64,000 bases of DNA, taken from assembly GCA_000004985.1 (NCBI GenBank), contig GG738878.1, one strand, 5' to 3'. Positions 21,349 to 31,720 of the stretch are shown in pieces (within the stretch, counting starts at the first letter, position 1; each line of letters opens with the position of its first letter). Position numbers and translations under genes: made by a program. The DNA comes from Naegleria gruberi (taxonomy: Eukaryota). Below the pieces are notes generated by a model, which searched no databases, was not told the origin of the DNA, and worked only from the letters and a program-made list of their open reading frames with translations.

Positions 21349-23253
21349 CTATTCTTCAAATAGCAACAATTCAATGAAAATGAAAAAGGCACCCACAAGA
21401 ATGACAAGTGGTGTGATTATCAATCCAAATTTGAGGAATGTGAAATAATTAATCTGCTTACTAGTAATACCATTCTGTCTCAAAATACTCAAAAACATAA
21501 TACCTGCCAATGCACCGAATAAGGTAATGTTGGCTCCAAAGTTAGATCCCAAAATGAGACTAAACATTGATCCTTTTCTTTGCAATGGAGAAAGAATCTT
21601 GTACTCCTTACTTGAAATTACACTTGTGAAAAGAATAGTCATTGGTTGATTGTTAATAATGTTACAAGAGATGGCTGACAGGTAGCTCATTACCAAGGTA
21701 GTAACTGCAAGAGAACGAACTGTAGGTTTCTGATCTAGTGGATTATTAGCACCAGAAAGAGAAACAATCAATTCAGCTGCTCTCTTAGCCAATAGATCTG
21801 TCCATCCATAATAATTCAACAATTGCACGATTGTAAACATGGACAAGATGAATGGAATAATTTTCCATGGCAATCTCTTCAATACTTTCCAAATACTACT
21901 CTCAAATACTTTCACTGTTCCTCTTCTCTTCTTGATAAATTGAATTGTATCCATTATAACATCGTAGATGAGTGAAAATCCAAAGAATGAGCAAGTGACA
22001 ATCCATGGAGGGATGGTGTCTCCAGATTCTCCAAACTTGATCAGGGAAGTCACACTCAATGTCACTAAACACAACAATAAGGCAATTGATTTGATAATGG
22101 CTGCCTTGATGTCCAAATCATTTTTCTTTTCTTCTCCTTGACCTATTAAACTTGATTTGTCTTCATTGGATAATTGTTGAGCTACCACTTGATCTATAGT
22201 TGGATTTTCCTCCTCAATCGAAGTAGTATTCTCTTCTGGAACTGTTTCTTTCCCAGCAGGTTCTGAGTTTTGACTTTCAACTTCAATCTTTGTTGGAATT
22301 GAACTGAAAAAGTAAACATAAAGCAATACGAAACAAACAATTCCAGAAGCAGTTGCTGGAATAGCCATCCATTTAGAGTAAACCAAAAAATTCAAATCAT
22401 ATGCCAAGGCCACAATGACATTTGTTGGATTTCCAATTTCCAAAATTACACTCCAAACATTTGCCAAAAAGAATTGAGAAATCACATACGGAGTTGGATC
22501 CAAATTCTTACTACACGAACACATATAACAGCAAATAGGTGTCAATGTCAAAATCACAATATCATTCGATGTAAAAATTGTCAAAACACTTGCAAATAAT
22601 GAAAACCAAATAAACAGTTTGTGTCCATTATAATTTGATTTTTTGATAATCCAATTGGCAATAAAACTGAATAATCCAGTAATATCCAATGAAACACAAA
22701 CATATGACAATGACATGAACAATAACAAGATACTGTATGGTTGCAAATGTTGTCCAGGAGCTCCAATTAACCCAATTTTCATATTATCCCAATCCAATGT
22801 TCCACTAATTAATAAAACAATAAATGCAATAATCGAAGCCAAACTCAAATCCAAATCAACATGATAGAATTTTGATTGGGAAAGAAGAGATGTGAAGGAA
22901 TGAGTAGGTCCACTACTGTTAGCAATGGTTCTGTTTGTTGTTGATTCCTCTACTTCTTCTTCCTGTTGAATATTAGTATTATTATTATTGGAAGAGGGTT
23001 CTCTTTTCACATATCGATACCATGTCTTGATGGTTGAAAGAGTTGGGAATATCGGAATGGAAGGAGAGGCAATAATAAATATAATATCAATGATGAAAAC
23101 GATTAGACAAAACCATGAGTGGAATATATAGGTTGGATTGTTATGGTCATTATCATCACTGCTTGTATGATCACTGGTTTGTGATGTAGTGATGGTGGTT
23201 AGAAATTCACTTCCAATTATTGGTGAAAGCAAAGTTTGTTGGTGTGAAAACAT
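21349..23253 (-). CDS. Polytopic anion permease of the ArsB/NhaD/CitMHS superfamily (OCA2/P-protein-like)
   Basis: 634-aa ORF with >10 hydrophobic helices. IGNPTNVIVA motif. Large acidic central loop. Confidence 0.5.
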   Translation of the reverse strand: MFSHQQTLLSPIIGSEFLTTITTSQTSDHTSSDDNDHNNPTYIFHSWFCLIVFIIDIIFIIASPSIPIFPTLSTIKTWYRYVKREPSSNNNNTNIQQEEEVEESTTNRTIANSSGPTHSFTSLLSQSKFYHVDLDLSLASIIAFIVLLISGTLDWDNMKIGLIGAPGQHLQPYSILLLFMSLSYVCVSLDITGLFSFIANWIIKKSNYNGHKLFIWFSLFASVLTIFTSNDIVILTLTPICCYMCSCSKNLDPTPYVISQFFLANVWSVILEIGNPTNVIVALAYDLNFLVYSKWMAIPATASGIVCFVLLYVYFFSSIPTKIEVESQNSEPAGKETVPEENTTSIEEENPTIDQVVAQQLSNEDKSSLIGQGEEKKNDLDIKAAIIKSIALLLCLVTLSVTSLIKFGESGDTIPPWIVTCSFFGFSLIYDVIMDTIQFIKKRRGTVKVFESSIWKVLKRLPWKIIPFILSMFTIVQLLNYYGWTDLLAKRAAELIVSLSGANNPLDQKPTVRSLAVTTLVMSYLSAISCNIINNQPMTILFTSVISSKEYKILSPLQRKGSMFSLILGSNFGANITLFGALAGIMFLSILRQNGITSKQINYFTFLKFGLIITPLVILVGAFFIFIELLLFEE

Positions 23254-23317
23254 TTTTTTGTAAAATGATTATTTAAAATATAAAGAAATATATTGGTTGA
23301 GTAGAATTTAAACATGT

Positions 23318-24679
23318 TTATTCGTCGTCTTGCTCATCGTCTTCTTGTGTTGAGGTACTTGATTGTTTGGCGAATTTCTTTGCCTTCTTCTTTTCCTTTT
23401 TAGATTGTTTCTTATTGGAGGAGGTTTGGACTAATTCTTCATCTGAATCATTATTTACATTGGATGATGGTTCTTGATCTTCATCTGAATGAGAAGAGGC
23501 CTTCTTATTGGATGTTGGTGCTTTCTTAGCAGCTGTCTTTTTTGGTTTCTCTTCCTCTTCATCGTCTTCAATGGTGGCAGCAGCTTCATCATCAGAATCA
23601 TCTTGTTGAGTTTGCTTCTTCTTGGCCTTCTTCTTTTCCTTTTTGGATTGTTTCTTGTTGGAACTTGAGATTAATTGCTCTTCGTCACTTTCATCCTTAG
23701 TAGTGGTGGTTTTTTCTGGCTTTTCATCATCACTTTCATTCTTGTTGGACTTTTTGTTCTTTTTGGTTGGTTTCTTCTTGGAATCTTCAGACTTTTTCTT
23801 GCTCTTCTTTGATGTTTCCTCTTCTTCCTCATTGTCAGAATTTTCCACTGTAGAATGGTGAATTGGTTTCTTTTCAGATTCATCTTGCTTATCATCCAAT
23901 TCATCAATGGTTGTATCACCTTCCTCAGAGACAGTTGTATCCAAAACTTGAACTTCTCCATCTTCTTCATCAACAATATCAAAAATGTGACGATAGAGAC
24001 CTGGATCAATTCTACAAATAATGTTTGCAGTTTCAGTCTCTGGTGAATAATCGTCTTGTTCAAATTTAACTTGTTCTTCTTCCTTATTGGCAGTCTTGAA
24101 GAGTTGTCTCAATTTTTTAATATTTTCCTTGCCACTTAGTGTCAACTTTACACGCATATGGGCCTTTTCAATTGGAATTTTCCTCTTTAACTTTGAGATG
24201 GCCTCCAAAGCTTGTTGTTTAGTACTCTTGCTTGGTTTTACAGAAAAGTGAATTTGTTCTTTCAGAGCTCTTTCAATAACTCCTCCAGGATATGGTCTTT
24301 GTGTATCAGGATTTATACACTTATTCGTAATAATTGTAACTATATCCTTAAACATTGATTCGTACATTTCCTCTCTTTCCTTAGTACTCACTTGTAATTC
24401 ACCATCTTGTAAAATCTTTTTACAAACTTCCTTTGTATCACTAGTTCCAAAATACTTTTGAAGATCAGTCTTCTTTGCAGCTTCTCCTTTAGAAACATTT
24501 GTAAAAACTGTATCAATTTGAACAACTTCTGACAAATCCTTTTCAATTCCCTTTCTCCATGAAACGACACTGTTTTTATAACAAGCAATTTCAAAAACTG
24601 CTTTTTGAATTTTCATCCTCACCACAGCAACGTTGGTGTGTAAGATTTGATTTACAGGTGTTTTTACAGCTCGGGACAT
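23318..24679 (-). CDS. SBDS: SBDS (Shwachman-Bodian-Diamond) ribosome-maturation protein with ~200-aa K/E/D/S-rich C-terminal extension
   Basis: N-terminal 250 aa align with SBDS (NQILHTNVAVVRMKIQKAVFEIACYKNSVVSWRKGIEKDLSEVVQ...KQQALEAISKLK). Tail contains the duplicated SSNKKQSKKEKKKAKK segment. Confidence 0.85.
   Translation of the reverse strand: MSRAVKTPVNQILHTNVAVVRMKIQKAVFEIACYKNSVVSWRKGIEKDLSEVVQIDTVFTNVSKGEAAKKTDLQKYFGTSDTKEVCKKILQDGELQVSTKEREEMYESMFKDIVTIITNKCINPDTQRPYPGGVIERALKEQIHFSVKPSKSTKQQALEAISKLKRKIPIEKAHMRVKLTLSGKENIKKLRQLFKTANKEEEQVKFEQDDYSPETETANIICRIDPGLYRHIFDIVDEEDGEVQVLDTTVSEEGDTTIDELDDKQDESEKKPIHHSTVENSDNEEEEETSKKSKKKSEDSKKKPTKKNKKSNKNESDDEKPEKTTTTKDESDEEQLISSSNKKQSKKEKKKAKKKQTQQDDSDDEAAATIEDDEEEEKPKKTAAKKAPTSNKKASSHSDEDQEPSSNVNNDSDEELVQTSSNKKQSKKEKKKAKKFAKQSSTSTQEDDEQDDE
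23340..23670. repeat. Internal direct repeat (~75 bp, two copies) in the SBDS C-terminal extension
   Basis: cttgttgag..ttgcttcttcttggccttcttcttttcctttttggattgtttcttgttgga recurs at ~23345-23420 and ~23600-23665. Confidence 0.5.
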
Positions 24680-25688
24680 TTTCCTAGTAATTAATTAATT
24701 AATAATAATAATATTCAATATTCAATAAATAAAATTCAAAATCGGATCCGACAATACTAATATTTTATACTGTGTCGATATTTAAAATCCTCTCTGATGA
24801 TAGAGCGTGTTGTAAAATCAAAAAAAAAACAAGTGTTTGATGCCTTGTTGTTGATTAATTTTTTTTGAAGATTTATTTTTAAACTTTGAGTTTCAAATTT
24901 GATGTTGAGATAAATTGTTGAGTTTTTGTGTGATTGAGTTCATAAAGATTCAAACTTGAGCTAGAAGTGGTGAAATAATTTTATTGAATGAAAGGTTTTG
25001 AAAATTTTTTGTTTGGAAATGATTCAAGGTTTATTAACATTTCATACTGAGAATTATTTAAATTTTTGGCATTGTCATTCTTATTGAGTACCATCAGGAT
25101 ATTGATACACGACCATCAAACAAGCAAACCAAACAGAATTCGTCCATGGATTATCCTAAACAATCAAAATCAAAGGTTTGTTATTGGAATAAGGCTTGGC
25201 GAAATAAATTTATGTATTTTTTTGTTGTTTTTGACTGAAAATTTTTGTCTACAAAAAAGGAAAAGAAGATTTTTGCAATAAATTTAATCAATAATATTGA
25301 TGTTTAATTATTAACATTTGGAGGGAGTTTGTTATGGTGAAGGCGCTATTCAATGACCACCCATCCATCAATTATTTGATTTAATTCAATTTTGTTAATA
25401 AAAACAAGCACCTGGCTAGGAATTGATGTTGTAAAAAAAATAGCCACACATTCCCCTTACCGAAAATCCCATCGTTTTTTTCTCGCTTCAATTAGCAAGT
25501 TTGCAGAAGAATTCATACACACAACGACGACGGATTATTGTAGTAGTAATAATTTATACTATCTAGACGCACACACACAGTAGAAAATAACAATAATCGC
25601 TTATCTTATTTTTATATAGGTAACGAAGAATATTGATCATCATCATCTAACCGAAGAAGAACAACAACCAAATAATTAATTTATTAAA

Positions 25689-26363
25689 ATGTCATCATCA
25701 ACATCACAATCACCAATGGATGAAACCATGAATGATGAAGAATTTTTCGAAGAACCAAACGTACAAGAGGAAGAACACAAAAAGACCAAGGTTAAGCCTA
25801 AAGCATTGAAGAGCAAGTGGAGATTTTGGCATGAAAAAATTGGTACCCAAGACGCTTGGAAGAGTTTAGATCACTTGGTTGATTTGTGTGAATTTGGAAC
25901 TGTTCAAGAATTTTGGAGTTGTTTTAATAATTTACCAGCCATCACTCACCTCAAAGTTAAGGAATCTTTCCACTTGATGAAGAATTTGAACGGCCCAAAT
26001 GATAATACATCAAAGGTTGCTAACTTGACCATTTGTCCTGCTTGGGAAGATCCTAACAATGTTAATGGTGGTGAATGGATTTTCCGTACTTCCAAAGATG
26101 TTTCTGATATCGTATGGAGAGAATTGGTTTTGGCTGTTATCGGAGAACAATACCACTCTGCATTGCAACCAGGTGATGAAATTTGTGGTTTGAGTGTTTC
26201 TCAAAGACCAACAGATAACATTTTCAGAATTTGGAATATGAAATGTGGAACTGAAGTAGACCAGAAAAAGATTTATGAAAGAACAATTGAAATTTTGACT
26301 GAACAAGTGAAAGAAATTGCTTCAATCATACAAACACCATACTATAGAAAGCATAAGGAATAA
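25689..26363 (+). CDS. eIF4E: eIF4E-family mRNA cap-binding protein
   Basis: Conserved Trp pattern of eIF4E (WRFWHEK, FW, PAWEDPNNVNGGEW, IWN), 224 aa. Confidence 0.8.
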   Translation: MSSSTSQSPMDETMNDEEFFEEPNVQEEEHKKTKVKPKALKSKWRFWHEKIGTQDAWKSLDHLVDLCEFGTVQEFWSCFNNLPAITHLKVKESFHLMKNLNGPNDNTSKVANLTICPAWEDPNNVNGGEWIFRTSKDVSDIVWRELVLAVIGEQYHSALQPGDEICGLSVSQRPTDNIFRIWNMKCGTEVDQKKIYERTIEILTEQVKEIASIIQTPYYRKHKE

Positions 26364-26446
26364 ATATTTTACAACTTGATTTTATTCTTAGGGTTTTGGT
26401 ATTTATAATTTAAATAAGGTTAATGGTGGCGAAATATAGTTCTACT

Positions 26447-27709
26447 TTAGTAGGTTCTTCTGTGAATAATTTGTGGTCCATAGTCATTGTAATCAGTTTT
26501 CTTAATCCACATTGAGCTGAATGAAGAAAGTGATGAAAGAACAGATGCACCATACCAAACAGCGTTAGAAGGATCTTTGGTTTCAACAAGACTGACAATT
26601 GTACTGGTTGTTGAAACTTCTTGAACTTCTATTCTCAATCTCTCAGCAAATGAGTTAATGCATGCAGTACCACCACAAACAATAATATTTGAGAACATTT
26701 CCTTCTTTGTATCAAATTCACATTGATTAGCACAATCGTGCAGAATATGTTGAATTCCTGGAATTTCAAATTCTCTTCCTGGGAGATGAACAGATGGATT
26801 AAAGAATATTTCTGTTGGTAAAAATCTTTCCTTTTGGCCAACAGAAACTTTTTTACCATCTGGTAATGTATAATCCTTATAATAGCTCACTTGATTGGCA
26901 GCACTCTTTGCTTTGGATTTCTTCTTGTCTGTTGTTTCGGCTTCTGAAGCTCCATTCAAAAGACTGTCCTCGGTTTTTTGTTTCAATTCTTGTGATAATT
27001 TCATTTGCTTGTGATATTCATAACCAGATGTGTAAACTAGCTTTCTTTTGATTTGTTCAATTACATTGGCATTAAATACAGTATTAAATTCATCAGGAGT
27101 CATGGAAGAAAATTCAGTATTAATCTTTAGAGTTTTTTGTGGTGCATCACCTTCGGAAGTGTCCATACTATTGTTACTATGTAATAATTGTTTTTGGAGA
27201 AGTGTTTTAAGATATTCATTAGCATGTTTTCCTCCTATATTTACAAAATCAGCTGCATGTGGGAAAGCCAATCCTTCATAAATTGGTGTAAATCTAGTTT
27301 GCTCATATCCAACATCGCACACTATACCAGTAATTTTTCCGCAACTATAAAGAGCCAAAAGACCTTGATTAGCAATAAAAAGGCCTGGTATTTCATATTG
27401 TTCAAACATGTGTTGTGTAATTCTTTCCGAATGTAATTTTGGAGCAAGAGTATGTTCAGACATGATGACAGACATATCAGTGGCTGGTCCATCCAACATA
27501 TCACCTTTTAGCATAGCCTTGTTAAATCCGTAACGCCAAACTCTGTCCATGGCATCAAAATTATTGATCAATCCTCTCTTCATTGGTGATTGATCATTAT
27601 AAAAAAAGGCAGGATCTTGAGTTTGATAGATATCAAGTGGAGCATCCTCACCAGACAAACCTATACGTGTCTCGTAGGTACCATTATCAATCACTACCGA
27701 TTTGCTCAT
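26447..27709 (-). CDS. Divergent actin-related protein (nuclear Arp class, Arp6-like)
   Basis: VVIDNGTYETRIG start. Actin-fold core (GIVCDVGYEQTRFTPIYEG, NIIVCGGTACINSF, VWYGASV). Insertion typical of nuclear Arps. Confidence 0.65.
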   Translation of the reverse strand: MSKSVVIDNGTYETRIGLSGEDAPLDIYQTQDPAFFYNDQSPMKRGLINNFDAMDRVWRYGFNKAMLKGDMLDGPATDMSVIMSEHTLAPKLHSERITQHMFEQYEIPGLFIANQGLLALYSCGKITGIVCDVGYEQTRFTPIYEGLAFPHAADFVNIGGKHANEYLKTLLQKQLLHSNNSMDTSEGDAPQKTLKINTEFSSMTPDEFNTVFNANVIEQIKRKLVYTSGYEYHKQMKLSQELKQKTEDSLLNGASEAETTDKKKSKAKSAANQVSYYKDYTLPDGKKVSVGQKERFLPTEIFFNPSVHLPGREFEIPGIQHILHDCANQCEFDTKKEMFSNIIVCGGTACINSFAERLRIEVQEVSTTSTIVSLVETKDPSNAVWYGASVLSSLSSFSSMWIKKTDYNDYGPQIIHRRTY

Positions 27710-27968
27710 TTTTTTTAATAATAAATAAAATTTTTATTTTTTTATAAATGATTTTGTGATGGCCAATAAGAAATAAACAAACAACACAAATTGCTTCCGA
27801 TTCTTTGGGAATCAATGAATTTATCATTTCATAAATTGATATGTGGAGAGTCGGTCCTATTGCATGTCTTTTATCAGACGGAAAATGATTTTTATTTTAA
27901 AACCCTAACTTGATTCGAGTATTTGCAAAATCAGAGAACTTGAAGGTTGAGAATAGCCGATAATCAAT

Positions 27969-28055
27969 GCGGGGATGAGTTTGGCTGGTGCTGAATGCAG
28001 CCTTCAAAGCTGTAGCTACTGTTCGGTAGAGAGGATCGATTCCTCCTTTCCCGCG
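27969..28055 (+). tRNA. tRNA-Sec: Selenocysteine tRNA (tRNA-Sec, anticodon UCA), 87 nt, 9/4 acceptor/T-stem fold, long variable arm
   Basis: GCGGGGATGAGTTTGGCTGGTGCTGAATGCAGCCTTCAAAGCTGTAGCTACTGTTCGGTAGAGAGGATCGATTCCTCCTTTCCCGCG. The 9-bp acceptor stem has one U:U mismatch. The anticodon loop cUUCAAa reads UCA. The T-arm is a 4-bp stem plus ATCGATT loop. Near-colinear with human tRNA-Sec as recalled from memory. Confidence 0.8.
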
Positions 28056-28062
28056 TACTGTC

Positions 28063-28067
28063 TTTTT
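28063..28067 (+). terminator. RNA polymerase III T-run terminator downstream of tRNA-Sec
   Basis: TTTTT begins 8 nt after the discriminator base. Confidence 0.45.
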
Positions 28068-28075
28068 ACTTTTTC

Positions 28076-30025
28076 CTAGTAGTAATGGTCCAAATATTCT
28101 GGATAGTGGATTGGAATGGGATGATCTGGAGCATAAGTGATGCCAGAAATGACATGGGTTAAGGCATTCATACTTTTGATATCAAGCATTTTGATTTTCA
28201 AATTTCGTTCTGGACAGTTCAATAAATGTTCTTCCAAATCTTGTGTTGTACATTCTGTTTTACAACATGGACAAGTGGCTAGAGTCCTTACTGTCTTCTT
28301 ATGGACAATATCAGAAAGGGTGTGAAAATCTTTAAAGTGCTGAGGAATGGCATGTCTTGGCAATGTTTTAAAACATCCAGGACAAATAACTTTAGAGTTT
28401 TGTAGAGCTAATTTGAAGGACTTGCGTTGCTCAATAATTGTATTAATATCTTGGTCGTAATCAATCTCAGGCAGAGAGCTATCATTTTCAATAATTGGTT
28501 TGAATTTGAAATCGATTTGTGGAATTGTTTTAAGTTTGGTGATGGTCTCTTGCGACATTAAAGGTAATCTCTTCAATGAAACCCAACACTTTCTCGATGT
28601 ATCATCAAGAACTGCAATCAGGAGACTTTCATTTTCAAAAACGTCCATATATGGGAATTCAAATAGTATTTTGGTTAGTTTCTTATTTCTCAAGAGAGTG
28701 GAAATTAATTCAAAGTAACTGGATTCATATTGTTTCTTATGTTCATAAAATGAAATCTTAATTGTTGTCAGATTGGACAATCTCGACAATGCATTTTTAA
28801 CAAGGAGTGCATCTTTTGATATTACATTTTCCAATACCAGATTTTTCACATTTTCACATCCTTCAATAAGTGAATTCAGCTTAATTTTAGAGCATGCATC
28901 TCCTATTTTTCTAAGATAAAGATCCTCAATCCTGCTTCCCAAACCCGAAAAATCAAGTGCACAAGACCTTCCAAACAATGTGATGAATCCAAATCCCAAT
29001 GTTAATCGTTTCAGCCTTGGACTGTATCTAATATAGTCACAGAGTTTATCCAGTGCTTCTTGAACTTCGCTCATTTGAATTGTGGAATAGATATCATTTG
29101 GATAAATGTTAATTTCAACTGATTCATGGTCCTTATCTATGACAACTTTGGAAAATAATGAATTAAAATCTCTGACGCTCATATCTGGTAGTCTGATACT
29201 CTTGCATGAGGTATAGAAAATTTCAGAGTCTACTGGAAATAGATCAGTATATTCGGAAGAATAATTTCCAAACGGAACAAACCCATCTGTAAAAAACGAA
29301 TAATGGAAGTGGCATGAATTGTTGAAATACTCAACCAGAGAATTATCAACAACTACAATTTTGGCATTACATATTAAATCAGTCAGGTATCTTTGTGCTG
29401 AAATATTCGATAAGGACACCATCTGCACATCCTTACAAACCTCTGCAAGTAATTTAAACGTATCTGAATCTACTAGTTCATTGAGCATGTCAAAGCATGA
29501 ACTCAGTGATGATTCAGAAAGTGTCAACCGTCTAAGAGCTGGCTCTGATAAACTGTTTGGAAAATAGCTGTCAAAATTAGCCAACCTCTTACAGAACTCT
29601 TCAGTTTCTCTCTGTGATCTATTTGCAATAAAGACATTATCATTATTTCCTTGTATATTCTTCAAAAATCCAAATTGTTTCCTACAAATTACATCCCCAA
29701 CTTGTCCATTCATGAATAAATGTTTAATTGTCATTCCATTTGCTTTCACAAATTTAATCACATATCTAATGAAGGGAAGCAAATTTAATTGAACATTATT
29801 ATTAAAATCATCATGAATATTTGTCAATGGCTTGTTGGTTGTATGTTCTTGGTCATTCAACTCAACATTCGGATACAAATGAAGAGTTTGCAATTTTTCA
29901 ATAATCAATCGTCTCCAAACCGAGCATACATGAGGAATCACTCTTATTAATTGATGAAAATCAATAAATGGAAACAATCGATAGAAAGCAACCTCTTCCG
30001 GCACTTGATCATGAAAATTAATCAT
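28076..30025 (-). CDS. F-box-like protein with LRR-like middle and C-terminal Cys/His zinc-finger region
   Basis: N-term FYRLFPFIDFHQLIRVIPHVCSVWRRLI. C-term CPGCFKTLPRHAIPQHFKDFH...CPCCKTECTTQDLEEHLLNCPE. Confidence 0.45.
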   Translation of the reverse strand: MINFHDQVPEEVAFYRLFPFIDFHQLIRVIPHVCSVWRRLIIEKLQTLHLYPNVELNDQEHTTNKPLTNIHDDFNNNVQLNLLPFIRYVIKFVKANGMTIKHLFMNGQVGDVICRKQFGFLKNIQGNNDNVFIANRSQRETEEFCKRLANFDSYFPNSLSEPALRRLTLSESSLSSCFDMLNELVDSDTFKLLAEVCKDVQMVSLSNISAQRYLTDLICNAKIVVVDNSLVEYFNNSCHFHYSFFTDGFVPFGNYSSEYTDLFPVDSEIFYTSCKSIRLPDMSVRDFNSLFSKVVIDKDHESVEINIYPNDIYSTIQMSEVQEALDKLCDYIRYSPRLKRLTLGFGFITLFGRSCALDFSGLGSRIEDLYLRKIGDACSKIKLNSLIEGCENVKNLVLENVISKDALLVKNALSRLSNLTTIKISFYEHKKQYESSYFELISTLLRNKKLTKILFEFPYMDVFENESLLIAVLDDTSRKCWVSLKRLPLMSQETITKLKTIPQIDFKFKPIIENDSSLPEIDYDQDINTIIEQRKSFKLALQNSKVICPGCFKTLPRHAIPQHFKDFHTLSDIVHKKTVRTLATCPCCKTECTTQDLEEHLLNCPERNLKIKMLDIKSMNALTHVISGITYAPDHPIPIHYPEYLDHYY

Positions 30026-30470
30026 TTTTTTAAATTAATTAATTATTATTTGGATGGAACTTATGAACTTTAATTGATGGAAGAATATTAATATATTTAA
30101 AATAATATTAAAAAATTAATAATATTTAAATATATTAAATTAAAAAAAATATGACAAATCAATCATACAGACAAGCTATTGGAAATTTGTGGTCCATGAT
30201 AAAATATGTGATTGTACTTATTTTGGAAAAGGATCCATTCAAATTCTATACCTTGTTTACTTTGCCAGTATTGACAATCTTGTCGGTTCAAAATATTAGA
30301 ATGACACGACAATTATCAAGACAAACAGCAAGAGCCATTGAATCAATTTAAAGAAGGGTTTATTCCGATGATGAAAATTAGAAAATCAAAATTTAAATGG
30401 TGGTGAGGGAAAATAGATTGGAGAATCAACTATTTACAAATGGTTAAGTTTATGCAAGGTAAAAATTGGA

Positions 30471-31339
30471 TTACTTTTTAGAGAGGAATATTTCGAGTCG
30501 TCTTTTGATGTCTCCATAAATTTCATCATTGCTATCAATTCTGGTTTGATATTCGGTATGAGGAACTGTTTTAGCTACTTGTCTCAATTTCTATGGGAAT
30601 AATTATATGATGAATATAGAATTATTATTAAGGATTTGTACTTACAGACATGCTCAAATACGAAATTTGATCAGTGACCATATTAATGAACCAATAAGGA
30701 ACGTAGGAAAGTTTTGGATCGACACTTCCAACAATTTGAACAAATGTTTCCTCTGGAGAAACATACTTTACAAGGAAGCTAGCATATTCACATTCTGCAC
30801 AGACATTATCCTGACTGACGTAGCTCCCAATTTTATCCTTATACTCTGGATGAGTCGCTGGTGTAATTCCCTGTACAGACACCATAATGGATCCATCACT
30901 TTCCAATCTATCAATTGCAAATGCATACGAAATCAAATCTCTAGGACTGAATGGCCAAGGTAAATTGAATGAAAAATAGGACAGGAATCGATATTTACCA
31001 AACTTGTGAATGACCAAAGAATCTCTCATCGATGGAACCCAAGATTTGTATAAATCGACTAATATCCAATAATATTATTTAGATAATTATCCAAAATGAT
31101 TCAGACATACCCTCATAGAAGATTGAAAGAACCTGAAACATGGATGCATGAATTGTTCCCTCAACTTTTACGGCATGCATTCCACTTCCTCGATCCTTAT
31201 AAAAACTTTTCATACTCTCCTTTTCAACGCACAACTTCCACTCATTATGTGTTTCAAATTCTCCAATAATAAATTCTGCAAATCTACCATCATGAATTAT
31301 TCTTCTGATAGATTGTTGCTCCTGATTTTGGAATTGCAT
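30471..31339 (-). CDS. START-domain (StAR-related lipid-transfer) protein; exons ~31339..31111, 31058..30646, 30590..30471; a further 5' exon (31493..31446, MADNDTSCFSTEDIAQ) is possible
   Basis: START motifs EFETHNEWKL...MHAVKVEGTIHASM and RDLISYAFAIDRLESDGSIMVSVQGITPATHPEYK...SPEETFVQIVGSVDPKLSYVPYWFINMV. GTATGT donor at 31110 / acceptor at 31059. GTAAGT donor at 30645 / acceptor at 30591. All frames consistent with track ORFs. Confidence 0.6.
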
Positions 31340-31720
31340 TCACTGCCTCTTCCAATTTGTCTTTGTTTTCCAATAGGTGACCATACTTTTCCTTCAATAA
31401 TTTAAAACTCTCCAACATTTTGTCCTTCTCCGATAAGTTTAATACTTGAGCAATGTCTTCAGTGGAAAAACATGAAGTGTCGTTGTCAGCCATTTTTATT
31501 TTGGATTTTAATCAGAATTTGCATTATCTGGGTTGATTTAAATTTCTTTGTTGTTCAAATGAAACTGCAACTGGCAGTGAGAAATGTAACGTTCGATATT
31601 AATGATTAATATTAATACATATCAGAATTATTCAATCATTGTTGAGCTCTTTCTTTTCCTTTTCCAATTTTCTTGTTAATAATTTCAATTCCTTTTTGAG
31701 TTTTTTCTTTTTTTCTTCTT

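Noticed and set aside
30151-30351. 66-aa two-helix hydrophobic ORF divergent from the F-box gene at 30025
   Set aside because: Plausible small membrane protein, but no homology or other support. Left unannotated.
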